From Octopus vulgaris (lineage: Eukaryota): a stretch of 64,000 bases of DNA. The stretch is from positions 77,252,001-77,316,000 of the forward strand of contig OX597821.1 in assembly GCA_951406725.2 (NCBI GenBank), in the 5' to 3' direction. The notes beneath the pieces were generated by a model. That model saw only the letters and a list, made by a program, of their open reading frames with translations, was not told the origin of the DNA and did no database searches. Below are positions 12,910-29,212 of this stretch, in pieces. Every line of letters begins with the position of its first letter. Positions within the stretch are counted from its first letter, which is position 1. A program made the translations under genes and the position numbers.

Positions 12910-13529
12910 GAAGGTTTGAAAATGAAATTTTAAAAGATGTTTATTTACTTTACCGGTTTCACTTTTTAGAAAACGATTGTCAAAAGTATCATGTAAAAAT
13001 TTGGTTGTGTTAATTATTGGTTGTCACAAAATGCTACAATACATATATACATATATACATTCTTTGGTAACAAAGTTTAACAAGTTCATTAAAATATCCC
13101 TTGAATCTAGAAAATAGTCTTTTACGATAACATGGTGGACCAGGTCAGTTTGAGCTTCCCTACTACTATAATGTAAACTTTTTTCAACTCATAATATTCT
13201 GTGCGTGTATGTATATACAGATACAATACCAATATTTCACTGAACTTTTTAATAATTTCTTCTGGAAACTATCTTTAACATTTTCTTGAGAATGTATAAA
13301 TATGTTGTAGTCTTTTGTGCCCAATATTCTAATGAACTTGTTAAACTTTTTTATGTTCTTAACATGTTCTTGTTGCCAAAGAATGTTTATATGTATTGTA
13401 GCATTTTGTGACAACCAATAATTAACACAACCAAACTTTTACATGTTAATTTTGACAATCTTTTTCTAAAAAGTGAAACCGGTAAAGTTAATAAACATCT
13501 TTTAAAATTGCATTTTCAAACCTTATTTC

Positions 13530-13530
<1 letters not shown>
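12905..13530. mobile_element. (TA)n-inserted element with long terminal inverted repeats and decayed hammerhead-like ends
   Basis: tgaaagaaggtttgaaaatg... / ...cattttcaaaccttatttca with inverted arms of more than 150 bp. Each arm has TTGACAA...GAAACCGGTA followed by AATAAA. Confidence 0.75.
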
Positions 13531-13588
<58 letters not shown>

Positions 13589-13771
13589 TGAGAGTATATC
13601 TCTATATATATATGTATATATACATCCATACATATATCCATATATATATATATGTATATATATATGTATATATATATATGTATATATATATATATAGAGG
13701 GATATATATATATATATATATAAATACATACATACATATAATAAATATATATATATATTTATATATATATT

Positions 13772-13823
<52 letters not shown>

Positions 13824-14288
13824 TGTATGTGCGTGTGTGTGTGTGTGTGTATCAATACCGATGTACTGTACATTGGTTGATATGTTTTCTTGTAGTTTTA
13901 TTAAAGTTAGCGTTTAATACTGCCTATAAATTGATCGATTGAGTGAATGTGGTTATTAAGCTTTCACGGTAGGGATTATAATTCTTGTATGACTTAATAG
14001 ATTTGTCGCTGCTTAGTTACGTATTTAGGAGTTGGTTGTAATTTACTTATTGAATTTATTTACCGATACGGTTGTACATAGGGTAAATGTGTTTGAAAGT
14101 TATGGTTTCTTTGGTTTGTTTGTTCCCAGACAACACTTATTTCAGTGCTGTTGACACTGCCGAATTAAATGGTACTGCCAAGGTGTTGAAACCATAACGA
14201 TATCCGTGGGGCTGCTGATGATGGGGATATGTTGGATTGTTGGTATGGCTGTTTTTCTCTATGTGGAATAATATTATAACACATCCTT

Positions 14289-14416
<128 letters not shown>

Positions 14417-14423
14417 ATAATAT

Positions 14424-14501
<78 letters not shown>

Positions 14502-14615
14502 GTAATGATTTCAAAAACAGTGATAAAAAGGAAAAGAAAAAAGCAAAAAACAAAAAAAGAGGACGTAGCACAAGCAATGTATTAATATGACGCTCGGAGA
14601 AGGAAAGGAGTAGTT

Positions 14616-14652
14616 GTTTTACGTTTCGCACATAGCTCTTTTTCGGAAACAG
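14616..14652 (-). ncRNA. Decayed minimal hammerhead-like motif
   Basis: UGUUU-CCGAAAA-A-GAGCUAUGUGC-GAAA-CGUA-AAACA; same family as 19644, 21221, 53378 and 59314, but core and stem II are mutated. Confidence 0.4.
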
Positions 14653-14770
14653 GAAAAATAGGAAAGTCGAAGGGGAAGATGGAAGACGAGGAAAAAATAG
14701 CCAATAATCGACGTACTGTTACATTTTTGAAGTATGTATATATATATATATATAGATACAAACACACATG

Positions 14771-14830
<60 letters not shown>

Positions 14831-15779
14831 AACAGACAGAGAAACCACAAATATCAGATCTGTTTATGATTTTTTTATATATTTATATATTGGTACAACT
14901 TGAGGTGAGAGATGAATGTTAGAAAAGTTTTAGACCGATAAAAGATCAGTTGAGGCATGTCCATAATGGTTGTGATATATCTTGACATTCTCCCAGAACA
15001 GTTACAAACTAAGTCTGTATTATTATTAGATAGTATGTTAAGGTAGTTCATCATAGCATAATTTTCTGGCTGGCTGAGTTAAAAAGATATTTAGGTAGAT
15101 CCTTACAGCTGTTTCAGAAATAGATACGTAGTTGTTGCAATTCTCAGTACATATTATCTTACACCTTCACACATATTACATGAAATTTATATATGCGTTT
15201 ATACGCCGAATTTACTGCGGGATATCATCTGGGAAATCTCCCTAACAACACCGAATGTTAAAGATCACGTGAATGTCATAGACCAGGTGAGACAACTCGT
15301 CTAGAAATCAATGAGAATGGTAGATACCGATATTTTGCCATTTTTATGGTTCATCAACACAAATCCATTTGCTGATGTGGTGCGGCGTAGCACACGTTAA
15401 AGTAAAATGTACTTCGAACTGAAAGCAGTCCAAATTTGCTGCTGGATGGTGTCGGGGAATGTACCCTTCACAGCGCCGAATGGTAAAGAACACCCGAATG
15501 CAATGGATAACATTTACACTACAAGAGCCACTGTTTATTCTTTGATGGATATATATATATAACAATTTAATAAATAATCATATCCATACATACATATATG
15601 TACATACCTACATCTATATGTATATATAGATGCATGTATGGGTACAGGACACCACAAATAAACGTAGAACACAACGAGAAACGAAAACATAAAAACAAAA
15701 CAAGGAAACGGACTTTTTTTTAACAACGAAAAATCAGAGTACAAGACAAACAGCACACGGAACATTCCCACACACACAC

Positions 15780-15893
<114 letters not shown>

Positions 15894-17864
15894 ATATATA
15901 TGTATATGTATATATACAGAAATACATACATACAAGCACACGAAGCAATTATTTTTAACACTCTCCTCTACACTAGAATAAGAATGCATTCACTGAAGAG
16001 ACAAAATCACGACAAAACGTTGTGTCTAGAAAGAAGCGGCTAGCGTCACTAGAAGCTCTGCTCGAATGTTTTGTACACACTGTAGTAGCGAGAAAGTTTA
16101 CTCGATGATAAAATGTACAGCGAATGCCTTTCACGTTCTAGTGTACAGTGTCATATTAAATATAAATAGTAATGAACACTTATACTTTGATCCAAGCTGC
16201 TTATTTTAGATTAATTCAAGCTTTGCAAGCCTCAGCGTACACCAGGAATTTTATTTTTTCTACAAAGGAGAACAGAAATTCCTGACCGTGACGATGTCTT
16301 TCATTCAAGAGGCAAAATCATGCCAAAAAAACATCGTGTCTTGTAATCCATTGACGTCATTTGGAGCTTGGCATGATGTATTTTTCTTATACACAAACTT
16401 TCTGAAGTGAACATGTTTTACGTTCTCTTCCCCCAGCGAACATTTTCTATGATCTAGTGTACGGGAACGTGTTAAAAATAAATGAAAAAAAATTTCAATT
16501 CATATATATATATTACTTATTATATTATATTAAACTTTTTAATACCTTTTTGATAGTTATATAAAAAATAAGAAAATAAGAAAATAAAAAATAAATAAAT
16601 AAATAAATATAAAGATTAAAAAATTAAAGTTTAAAAATTTATAAATTTAAAATTTTAAATTTATAAAAAAATATAAAAATTTATAAATATAAATATAAAT
16701 AGAAATAGAAATAAAAATTTTAAATTTAAATAATTTAATTTTAAATTTTATATATTTTGTATATTATATTAATTATATTTATTTTTATGTTTTGGTTTGT
16801 TTTTCACTGTTTGATTTGCCTAATAGTGGTTTTATCTCTAATTTAATTTATATATATATATATATATATATATATCCACCTGTCGTGAAACGATAGGGGT
16901 GGCAAATACAGACGCAAAGACACACACACACACAACACAAATTTATATATATATAGACATACATTTGTGTTGTGTACGTGTTTGTGTCTGTTTTCCGCCC
17001 CCATCGCTTGACGACTGATGTTGATGTGTTTACGTCACCGTAACTTACCTGTTCGGTAAAAGACACCGATATAATAAATACTAGACTTACAAAGAATAAG
17101 TCCTGGGGTCGATTTATTCGACAAAAACTGAAACCCTTTAAGGCAAAGCTCCAGCATGGTCGCAGTCAAAAAACTAAAACAAGTAAAAGAATAAAATAAT
17201 GCACATATATTTACGTATGGCTGTGCTAGTATTTTGACAAAAACTGGAGAAGCAACTCCGAGTAAAAGCGCAAAAGGAACGAGCAAAAGACAAAAGATGA
17301 CGAGTATTTGACTCCACTGAAATTTTCTGTGGAAAGCGTTGAAAGCGATTGAAGAAATTTAGGCTTCGGTCGCTATGGTGGAAACACCGTGTTGAGGAGT
17401 TGGGAGAGAGGGAAAGAAAGTAGTGCAAGCGTGAAAAAAAGGGTCAGGTGAAAAGTGGGGTAGGAACAGGAAGGAAAATCGAAAGAGGGGAGAATATTAG
17501 CAAATGGCAGTGAGAACAAGAGAGGAAGACAGAGAGAGAAAGAGAGACAGACAGACAGACAGACAGAGAGAAGGAGTTAGTGAGGAGAAAAGTTTGCAAT
17601 GGTCACTGCGAGGGGAGATGCCATCAATAGGCATGCAATAAGAATAGGTTGATGTGTGCGCTCACGAATCTAGTAGTGAAAATAGAAATGGAAACTATAA
17701 TTAGAAAAAAACAAACATAGAAATCCTTTCATCAGCCATGGGTGTCAGAATTAGCGTAGTTTCAGCGCGATAAAGTCCAAGTATTTTATATTCCATATAT
17801 AAATATGTGTGTACAGAACGAGGAATGGGAAATGATGGGTAGATAAACAGACAGACCGATAAGT

Positions 17865-17957
<93 letters not shown>

Positions 17958-18421
17958 GTAGTAGATTGATAGTTTCATGTTTGATAGAGGTAAATAAATA
18001 AGCAAACTGATTGCAACATACTTCTATTATTATAATTCAGTTACTAAGGTGAACAGCAATGAAACAAATATGTATTCAAAGCTGCAGTTGAGACAGTTAC
18101 TGCTTATAGTTTCACAGTTCCATTACTCAGGCGACTGTCCATAATATCGTTGCTACTTGTTGCTCCCAAACAATAACTCGTTAGAAAGTTTAAGCTTCAG
18201 AAAATCACACACACACACACACACACACAAGCACACACAAACATGCATGTATACATAAAAGCATACATACACACCCGTTGTCAAGCCGCTGCTATTAAAT
18301 GAAGTATTAAACAAGGATGGTACGCAAATTAGGTAATTTCCAGTTCTCTCTGTAGCTATGAGATGCGATGTGTGCATCAACAGAACGGGTCCTCGATTCT
18401 TTGGAATTGGTCAAATAATGT

Positions 18422-18473
18422 GGACACATCTGAAGAGACCAAGAAAAGGGTCGAAAATCGATTCAGTCTGTTC
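18422..18473 (+). ncRNA. Hammerhead-like motif with canonical core
   Basis: CUGAAGA-GACC aagaaaag GGUC-GAAA-AUCGAU-UC. Stem III is palindromic; stem I is only partly paired (GGACA/UGUUC). Confidence 0.5.
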
Positions 18474-18725
18474 ATATTTTGTCCAGTCTACGGAGATATA
18501 CATGAATCCGACATGTTGCTATGACTACTACATACATTTACGAACACATACACATTCAGGCGCATACATTCAAAAGTATGTATGTTTGCATATACATACA
18601 TATATACATGCATACATATACATATATCTATAATAGTAATATAAATTATATATATATATATATATGAGTGTATATATATATACATACATGTGCGTGTGTG
18701 TGTATATGCATATATATGTAAATAT

Positions 18726-19004
18726 GGGTACAGGACTTCACCAACATTAAACAACATGAAATACGAAAACAAATGAGTTAAATACGCTAATAACGAGGGA
18801 AAAAAAGCACAAGTAATAAAAAGAATGACCCTTCATCAGTTGTCGGCTGTTTATTGCTCGAAATGGGGAGTAGATAGACAACCAACAACTGATGAAGGGT
18901 CATTCTCTGTATTATTTGTCCCTTTTTTTACTTTCGTTATTTGCATATTTAACTCATTTGTTTTCGTATTTCATGTTGTTTACTGTTGGAGACGTCCTGT
19001 ACCC
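18726..19004. repeat. Imperfect fold-back element between TA-rich tracts
   Basis: gggtacaggac...aacaacatgaaatacgaaaacaaatgagttaaata...gaatgacccttcatcagttg and its reverse complement. Related gtacaggac-ended pieces lie near 15640, 42220, 59915 and 63630. Confidence 0.85.
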
Positions 19005-19097
19005 TTACATGAATATGTATATGTATATATATATGCATATATATATATTATTTATCTTATTATTTAATTGAAAACCACGCATCCCTTTCCAAGTAAG

Positions 19098-19130
<33 letters not shown>

Positions 19131-19204
19131 GTACGTATATATATATATACCCACATACACATACATATATATAAACATATATATATATACATATACATAT
19201 ACAT

Positions 19205-19295
<91 letters not shown>

Positions 19296-19525
19296 TGTAT
19301 GTATGTATGTATGTATGTATTGTTATATTTCGGAATGGTCATCTTAGTTGCCAAATAAACACAGGCACTATATATTCGTTCTTCACTCATATATTATTGC
19401 TTCTAATTTATCTTATGCCCGTTGTCCGGTAATCTTTCATCACACACCTCTGACCTCTTCAGTGACTCTTCCATCCCACGCGTCTCTACTTGTATATGCG
19501 TGTATGTATGAATGTATGTGTGTGC

Positions 19526-19566
<41 letters not shown>

Positions 19567-19643
19567 CGTGTGTATATGCACACGTGTGACCACGTGTGTA
19601 CCGTTGGCGATTTTTTTTACCTCTGTCTTCCCTTCTCTGGATC

Positions 19644-19676
19644 TTTCCGACGAAGAGCTCCGCTCGAAACGTTAAA
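19644..19676 (+). ncRNA. Minimal hammerhead-like motif (PLE type, U4C)
   Basis: UUU-CCGACGA-A-GAGC UCC GCUC-GAAA-CGU-U-AAA, with a palindromic ACGU stem III. The element runs into (TA)n at ~19785. Confidence 0.55.
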
Positions 19677-19780
19677 CCCTCCTTCTTTCCTTCTTTCCTG
19701 AGCGTCCAATAATACTATATTTGTTCCACGTCCTCGCGCTGTTGTGTTTTTTTTTCTTTTTTATACTTTCATGTTTGGAT

Positions 19781-19908
<128 letters not shown>

Positions 19909-20890
19909 GACTCCAGGTCATCACCATCACCCGGGCTCATCACAGATTTTGCATAAGACGCAAGCCTACTCGAAGAATTTCGCGTTTTCCCGCGTTATTT
20001 ATAGCCCCAGATGGCTTATTTTTTAATATCTAGCACTATGCCTTTCTTCATTTCTAAGTTAAGGGTAAAAACAAAGCAACCCTGCAAAACACAATTGATC
20101 GTTACACATACAGACGCACAGAATAACAGCAATCGAATAACGACAGCAGTGTGTACAACAAACATCAGCGATCTGACTGTCGCCAGCACTCTTGACAAGA
20201 GATACCAGTTAGACTTTTACACCTCCGAGGATCGTTCGTATTAGCCCGAGTTGCTGGATAATCTTTCGTTCTTTTAAGAATATTGTTGAACAGAAACTTT
20301 TCATAGATTGAAATTTAAATTCTAATCTCCATAGAAATTTTTTGTTTCAAGAAAACATTGAATTTGTATTACTTTTAACTTTTACGATTATGAATAGCAA
20401 CTCGGGCTGTAACTTCTGAACCCGAGTCAGGCGCATGTGAACGATGCTGAGAGAACGTTTGCTACGAATGATTTTTTTTCTGAGACAGGTCACCTCTAAA
20501 ACAACTGCCAGATGCTGAACGCAAATAAATGGGCTGCGACCAGCCTTAATAAAAGGAGCCCAAGTTATTGGCTGAAATTAGATACTTGAAGTCAGTGTTA
20601 GCAAAAATTAAATCTTTTCTACTCTAGACACAAGGCCCGAAATTTTGGTGGGAGGGACCAATCGATTAGATCGACCCCAGTATGCAAATTTATTTATCGA
20701 CCACGAATGGATGAAAGGCCAAGTTGACCTCGTCGGGATTTAAACCTAGAAGGTAAAGACAATGATATATCGCTAAGCATTTCGCCCGGCTTGCTAACGT
20801 TTCTGCCAGCTCACCCTTGCAAATATATACGTTCACTTTACTAAATTTATACTCGGGCTAAGCTCGAACAGCTCGAGTGCCGGAGTTGCG

Positions 20891-20978
<88 letters not shown>

Positions 20979-21034
20979 GAAGGAGTTGCGTCTGATATTA
21001 TATATATATATACTATCTGTAGAAGCTCCTTCTA

Positions 21035-21097
<63 letters not shown>

Positions 21098-21220
21098 TGT
21101 ATATATATATGTATATATATATAACGGGAAGCTTTATGAAAATAAACAAAAGACGAAGGCAGGTGGAAAACAAACAAACAATTGTATTAGTATGGCGCTC
21201 AGGAATATAAATAAAACAAG

Positions 21221-21258
21221 TCTTTTACGTTTCGAGCCTACGCTCTTCAACAGAAAGA
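21221..21258 (-). ncRNA. Minimal hammerhead-like motif (core variant CUGUUGA)
   Basis: UCUUU-CUGUUGA-A-GAGC GUAG GCUC-GAAA-CGUA-AAAGA. Confidence 0.5.
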
Positions 21259-21452
21259 TACACGGAAAAGAAACACGGAGAGAAACAAGGAGAGAAAAAA
21301 AAATGCGTGCAGAAGCTAGCGAATCAACATGGCATATATGTATATGCATATATATATATATATACATATATACATACATACATGCATAGTCACAGGTATA
21401 TGTGTACATGCATATGTATAAAACATATAAAACTATATGTAAAAAGGCATTT

Positions 21453-21502
<50 letters not shown>

Positions 21503-22025
21503 ACGTGCGTGTGTGCGAGCGCGCGCGTATGTTTGTATCGTAGTCAGTCGCCATTAGTCAAATATTACTGCGAAAACTCGTTATCAACATAATGACAGGT
21601 AATTAGATTAACGGTTCTGTATTCTATTTATATAATAAACGGATTATAACACCTTAATCCATGCCTGTATGTGTGGATACGGATGAGTGATGTTTCACAT
21701 GGGTATCATTGCATGTGTGTGTGTGTGCCTGCCTGTCTATACGTATAATGATATCTACTTGCATGCATGTGTGTGTGTGTGTGTGTGTGTGTACAACTGT
21801 ATACATATGTTCATGTGTGAGTGTTAGTGTTGTGTGTGTGTGTGTTGTGTGCATACATTGTGTGTACATGTGTGACTATACAAATATATGCTATCCGTTC
21901 TGTGTGTGCTTTGTGTACTCAGTGCGAAAAAGAGTTAATTGGACGGACAACTCTTTGTATTTACTTGTCATTTAGCGTGTGTACACAGAATGTATTTGTA
22001 TGTATATGCGTCTACATATATCTAG

Positions 22026-22078
<53 letters not shown>

Positions 22079-22335
22079 CATACATACATACATACATACT
22101 TACATACATACATAAATACATACATACATACATACAAACGGAAACACATTTACAGACAAACGTATAGCCAAACATGTGTATATGCATATCTAGATCTATC
22201 ATTCTGTGTATGTACATGTATATATGTATGTGTATATGTGTGTATGTATGTATGTATGTATGTATGCATGTATCTATCTATCAATATATAGATTTATTTA
22301 TATTTATGAATATATTTATACCTATGTATATATAC

Positions 22336-22390
<55 letters not shown>

Positions 22391-22709
22391 ATTTAGGAAT
22401 GGTCATTTTGCCAGTTTAACCAATATATACAAGTTTATTAATGCGGCAAAGACATCACAGAAAATTCTGAGTCACAGCTTTAATTTTTAAAAAAGCTTAT
22501 TATTCGAGTACTATTTTGTATTTTATCCACCTGGTTTTGCATTTATGTGCTTACTCGTTTGTGCTCCACTCGTGTGTATGTAATGAAATAGTACATTTCT
22601 ATCCATATATATGTTAATTTTGGGGGATCTTCATCATGAGCGGCAGATGCCCGTTTTCTGTGTATTAAATATTAGTGGTCGATAGTGGGTATTTCAATTT
22701 CATATTTGA

Positions 22710-22743
<34 letters not shown>

Positions 22744-22837
22744 TCTTATTCATTTATATGTTTCAGCCAGGTGGTTGTAGTCCTCCTGGAGCACCACCAT
22801 GAATATATATATACATATATATATATAATAATAATAA

Positions 22838-22887
<50 letters not shown>

Positions 22888-23221
22888 CGTGTGTGTGTGT
22901 GTGTGTGTGTATACATACATACATACATACATACAAATGACTGAAACAAGTAAAAGAATAAAAGAATATGAGTGTGTGTGTGTACCTGTGGAATTGCTGT
23001 ATGTGTATGCGCGGATGTATCAGCATACAAATGTGCATGCCTATGTGTATTTCTGTTCCTTTTACCAACCCATTAACAACCGGTGTTGGTTCATTTACGC
23101 CATTGTATTTTTAACAGTTCGACGAAAGAGGCTGATGGAAAACGTACCTAGCGTTGATAAAGTGATAAGGGGGAGATTTCTTCTGACTTTACTCTTCGAC
23201 ATGGTGCAAGTACACACGCAA

Positions 23222-23295
<74 letters not shown>

Positions 23296-23660
23296 GTGTA
23301 TATACACACACATCTATATTTGTATGTGTGTATATATATGTGTGTATATATGTGTGTATGTGCATATATAAAAAACACATTTACATACATATAAACATAC
23401 ATATACTTACACATAAATATATAGGTATATATATCGTGTATATATATTCTTTAACTTGTTTCAGTCATTTTACTGAGGCCATGCTAGAGCACCGCCTTTA
23501 GTCGAGCAAATCGACTCCAGGAATTATTCTTTGTAAGCCTAGTATTTATTCTGCCGGTGTCTATTTCCGAACCGCTAAGTTACGGAGACGTAAACACACC
23601 AACACCGGTTGTCAATCGGTGGTGGGGGTGACAAAAACGGACACAGAAACATATACCTAC

Positions 23661-23731
<71 letters not shown>

Positions 23732-24025
23732 CATATACGGCGAGCTTCTTTTAGTTTAAGCAGTTGGGATCAGTATTTATATGTGTGTCAAAGTGTGTGA
23801 GTGTGTGTGTACTGTAAGTATATGACGTATGTATGTATATATTTATGTATGTATATATGTTTGTATGTATGTACAGAAGAATCTGTTTTGAGCTTTGAAA
23901 ATGCTCCGAAACAAAAATCCTCCTATGTATATTTTATCGTGCGTGCGAATACATTCCTTCTTTCCGTATATACATACATACATACATACATACATACATA
24001 CATACATACATACATACATACATAC

Positions 24026-24100
<75 letters not shown>

Positions 24101-24174
24101 CATACATACATACATACATACATACATACATGCATACATATATATATATATATATATACATATACATACATGCA

Positions 24175-24234
<60 letters not shown>

Positions 24235-24893
24235 GTATGTATACACACGCACACACGTACACATTATATTTTGTGCCATTCACTCGCCGTGCCAGTTTAG
24301 TTTTGTTTTTTTTTTTTTTAGAATAATTCACTTTTCTTTCTCTTTACATTTTTGAAGAATGGTGCCTGAATGAATTATTTATTGTTTAATATAAAACACA
24401 TGATCAAAGTTGCCTCCGGTAATCTGTATTCTTTTTATGAAAAGCATACTTTTTTTTTATTTATTTCTAACCATTTTTATTCATCCAAGTAAAACAACAC
24501 AGTAAAATTTCAAGTTTAGTTAAATTTGAAGAATTTCATGCTATTTATTTCCAAATTCCTTAATATGTAGTTCTACGTATACATATCCTAATATCTCTAT
24601 CGATAGAGTTAAAGATTTTTTATACGTGAATACAATACAAATTTAAATTATTAAAATTATTTATAAACAGTCGCTATATAACAAGGAAAAGTGCGGCAGA
24701 ATTAAATCTTACTCGCAACTCACACACACACACACACACACATATAGATATAGAGATAGCTATGTATACATATTATGGCATCTAATATAGTTCTTCGTCT
24801 TTGTAGTCAACATTCATGCCACTGGCCCGTTCTAAGTTATTTCTCTCTTACTTCATTCTCGGTTATATACATACAGACATACAAACATTCATT

Positions 24894-24973
<80 letters not shown>

Positions 24974-25334
24974 GATATATACACACACACATACATACAT
25001 ATATATATACTCACATACACATTTATATACGTATACTTATAGTATATACATAGTTTTAATATATATATATATGTGTGTGTGTGTGTATGTACATTCATAC
25101 ATACGTATGCATACATACATACATACATACATACATACATACATACATACATACATACATACATACATACATACATACATACATACATACATACAGCCAT
25201 GATGTGACGGAACTCCTTATCAAAAGAATGAGCACGCGCATCTTTCAAGTATGAACACAAAAATTTAATATCCTTGACTCGAACTCTACAATATATCATA
25301 TATATATATATATACATAATATTATATATGTGTA

Positions 25335-25366
<32 letters not shown>

Positions 25367-25368
25367 GC

Positions 25369-25485
<117 letters not shown>

Positions 25486-25954
25486 TCGAAAGCAACAAAT
25501 GTACTCTATTTATCATGGTGGAGAAACAGCGATGTAGCTGCGTCTCTCTCAGACAATCTTCACCGAATGTTCTCGTAACAACACCTGCTTTCATCCATTG
25601 TACGTTTGAATGAAACAGACGATACGGTTTATCTCAACAACTGAACATTTTATCTCACTCTCCGATACGTCGACACAACAACTGGTTTATCTATATTTTT
25701 CATGTGGTGGGGGGGGGGGTGAAAGTGGAGAGGTGGAATATATTCTATATTTTTTCAGTTTTTGTTTTGTTGTTGTTGTTGTTGGGTTGTAAAATATTTG
25801 GTTCTCTTTGCTGCTTCGTGATTCTAGGTTCGAACGCCCTTCGCGTGCATTGGGAGATATGTTTTCCCACTTGAAGTGGAGGTGCAACTTAAGTCTTAAG
25901 TCTTGAAAGGCTAAATATAAGGCGCGCGTGTCTGTGCGTATGTATGTTTGTGAT

Positions 25955-26026
<72 letters not shown>

Positions 26027-26042
26027 TATACACATGTGTGTG

Positions 26043-26089
<47 letters not shown>

Positions 26090-26579
26090 ATATATATATA
26101 TATATGTACACACACACATGTGTATATATATATATATATATATGTATATACATATAACATATACATGTTTATATAAATGTATGTAAATATGCATACATAC
26201 ATGCATACGTATTTCCGTACATGTTTGTGTGTGTTTGTGTATGTATATATGTGGGATGGAGAGCGTACTTGTATCTGTTGATTCATGTATAACAGTAAAT
26301 GGTGGCCGAATAAAATCGATGTCTTGAACAGTAATGTCTTGTTGTGTAGTTCTGTCCGAATGACACTCCTTTGCCAATATCGAAAGCAGAAATACCATAC
26401 AAAAAAAAGTGAATTCAATATAATCAACTTAAAATTTCACACTCCCTTAGATACGATGTTCCAGCATGGCCACAGTCACGAAGGTTATTAAATTAACCAG
26501 GAGGAATCCAGAATTGAATGTATTTTTTAGTCTTCTTTTCAATATACTTTTGATGTTGTGAAGGGATGATGTTATAAAT

Positions 26580-26950
26580 GTTTGTTACATCTCGGGTGGA
26601 TCATCAAACCAATAACAAACACACGCACTGGTTCTACCACACTTCTTTATTATCATTAGTTAAGTGGTTAACTATTTCAGTAATTAACTAATCGATTGTT
26701 TGATTAATTGTTCGGTCAATCAATGAATCGGTTAGATTTGTCAAAGTCCTTTCATCGCCATCAGTGACCTCATCAGTAACAGACCATCTCCACACCAGGT
26801 CTGTCAGAAGCAGACATGCAATTAATCAAATAATCAATGAATTAAAGGGTTAAATAGTTAGCCAGTTGCCATATAAATAATAACGAAGTGAATTAGGACC
26901 AGTGCGTGTGTTTCTTATTGGCCCCAACCTCATCCCGAGATACAACAAAA
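26580..26950. mobile_element. Old fold-back element with a central hammerhead-like motif (26739-26781, minus)
   Basis: Degenerate arms cacacgcactggt.cta / taggaccagtgcgtgtg and ttgattaattg / caattaatcaa. The centre reads UGUUA-CUGAUGA-ggucacugauggcgau-GAAA-GGAC-UU-UGACA on minus. Confidence 0.55.
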
Positions 26951-27074
26951 CGCATCAATATCAAGTCACCGCCGTCGCCGTCGCTGTCGTTGTTGTTGTT
27001 GTTGCTGTTTTTGTCGAGAAGTCAAACGTCTTGGGCAGAATTCTTCGTTACAGAGACGAATTGACTTAGAGAGG

Positions 27075-27125
27075 GGGGAGGGAGAGAAGGGAGGAAGGAA
27101 AGAAAGAAAGAAATATTGAAAGGAG

Positions 27126-27206
<81 letters not shown>

Positions 27207-27227
27207 GAAGAAAGAAAGAAAGATTGA

Positions 27228-27287
<60 letters not shown>

Positions 27288-27300
27288 AAAGAAAGGAGAA

Positions 27301-27349
<49 letters not shown>

Positions 27350-27388
27350 TGAAAGATTGAAAGAAAGTAAGAAAGAAAGAAAGATTGA

Positions 27389-27425
<37 letters not shown>

Positions 27426-27438
27426 TGAAAGAAAGGAA

Positions 27439-27504
<66 letters not shown>

Positions 27505-27700
27505 TGAAAGAAAGGAAGAAAGAAAGAAAGATTGAAAGATTGAAAGAAAGGAAGAAAGAAAGAAAGATTGAAAGAAAGAAAAAGGAAGAAAGATTGAAAG
27601 GCAGGAAGAAAGAAAGAAAGAAAGAAAGATTGACAGGAAGGAAGGAAGGAAGGAAGGAAGGAAAGAATATATAATAAAGAAAAAAAAAAGAAAGAAAATA
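27075..27700. repeat. Long (GAAA)n tract with recurring GATT and GGAA variants
   Basis: Directly visible; source of the FL-rich and KE-rich pseudo-ORFs. Confidence 0.95.
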
Positions 27701-27705
27701 GAAAA

Positions 27706-27850
27706 CTGGGGATTCTACATTGAGTTGGGATTGATGTTTCGAAGAAGCATCTTGACCTTCTGCTGTCCAATCTCCCAGATGAACTTGCATCATAGGAAGA
27801 AGCTCAGATGAAGGCAGTAATATCAAATTCCTTCATCATCCACTACATGA
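27706..27850 (+). mobile_element. CR1-like LINE ORF2 C-terminal relic
   Basis: Reads LGILH*VGIDVSKKHLDLLLSNLPDELAS*EEAQMKAVISNSFIIH, homologous to the 5723 fragment. Confidence 0.7.
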
Positions 27851-29050
27851 GAATGGTCATTGAGAAGGTGATGAAAATGGCTGGCTGGGACACACAAAGG
27901 AATTGAAAGGAACGAAGGAAAGGAATAGTCCTATCAGGGGAAAATTTCTTTAACAGTTAAACCTCAGAATATACGAACAATAAAAGGACCTCTATCAAAT
28001 ACTTATAAAAGCGTCATTACTCTTTCACGTCGAGCCGGCCAGCTGGCAGAATTGTTAGCACGCCGGGTACAAAGCCTAGCGTCATTTCGTCCGTCTTTAC
28101 GTTCTGTGTTCAAATTCCACCGAAGACTACTTTGCCTTTTGGAGTTGATAAAATAAGTACCAGTTGAATACTGGGGTCGATGTAATCGACTTATTCCTTC
28201 CTCGAAACTGCTGGCTTTGTACCAATCAGTAATTTTTCACGTGATTATTAAAACCTAACTTCCTAAATGGTTATTTTTTACAGCTTTGAGCTCAAATCCG
28301 GCCGGAGATTGCTTCATCTCCAGAGCAATAATTAAGCACGAACGGTATACAAGGGTTTGGTTCATCCGATTCGATCTTTCCTTCTTTAATTTATAGTCTT
28401 GTACCAATGGAAGAGATCAATATTCTCTTCCAGATCAATTTCGTATTTCGTAGAGACTGACGTCTTGCCATCCAGCGTTTGAACTTGTATGATTTAAAGA
28501 AATATGAAGCAAGAGAAATAACATGACGTGGTCAGTCATGTGTATTTAAAAAACATATACAAATACAGGTATATCGAATACCATATAAAATAAATAATTA
28601 GTTTATTAAAAATTATCTCCACCTCCAGAGGATGTATCCTAATCACTAAAAGACAATTAAAGCCAACTCCATATCAGAAAGGAGACAATATCAAGAATGA
28701 AAAATTCTTCAAAGTTGAAATGCCCTGAAGGAACGGGACGGGCTTATGGTATGGAGACATGTCTTCAACTGTCCTCATATCTCCAAAAATTAAATCTGTA
28801 TTTTTCCTGAATGGCATGTCACCTATAGATAATTTTTGGTGCTTAGGATTATCTCCCCATCTCAAGTGGAGTTGGCCTCAATGGCCATTTGATTATAACA
28901 CATTACGACACATCTTCTAGATGTGGATATAATTTTAATGAATTAAGAGTTTATTCTTGTATTGTTTTTGATATACCTCTATTTGTCTTTACAAATTGTA
29001 TGCCAAATTTGTGGTTATAGCTATGCTTCTAAATTAGTTCATATATATAT

Positions 29051-29153
<103 letters not shown>

Positions 29154-29212
29154 CGTACACACACACATATATTCGTATAACAGGGGCTTGTACATACATT
29201 CATGCATACATA

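Noticed and set aside
15344-15565. Minus ORF ending ...CVDEP as a possible vg TDU exon
   Set aside because: It lacks HFSRAL and the upstream CVLFTY-like motif, and stops immediately.
16500-16850. Extremely AT-rich stretch with short inverted motifs
   Set aside because: Low complexity; self-complementarity is expected by chance.
18829-18905. CTGATGA motifs here and at ~17728, ~30412, ~53941 and ~55453
   Set aside because: No properly placed paired stem II plus GAAA and NUH.
26966-27826. 286-aa F/L/S-rich ORF resembling a membrane protein
   Set aside because: It is the reverse strand of the (GAAA)n tract.
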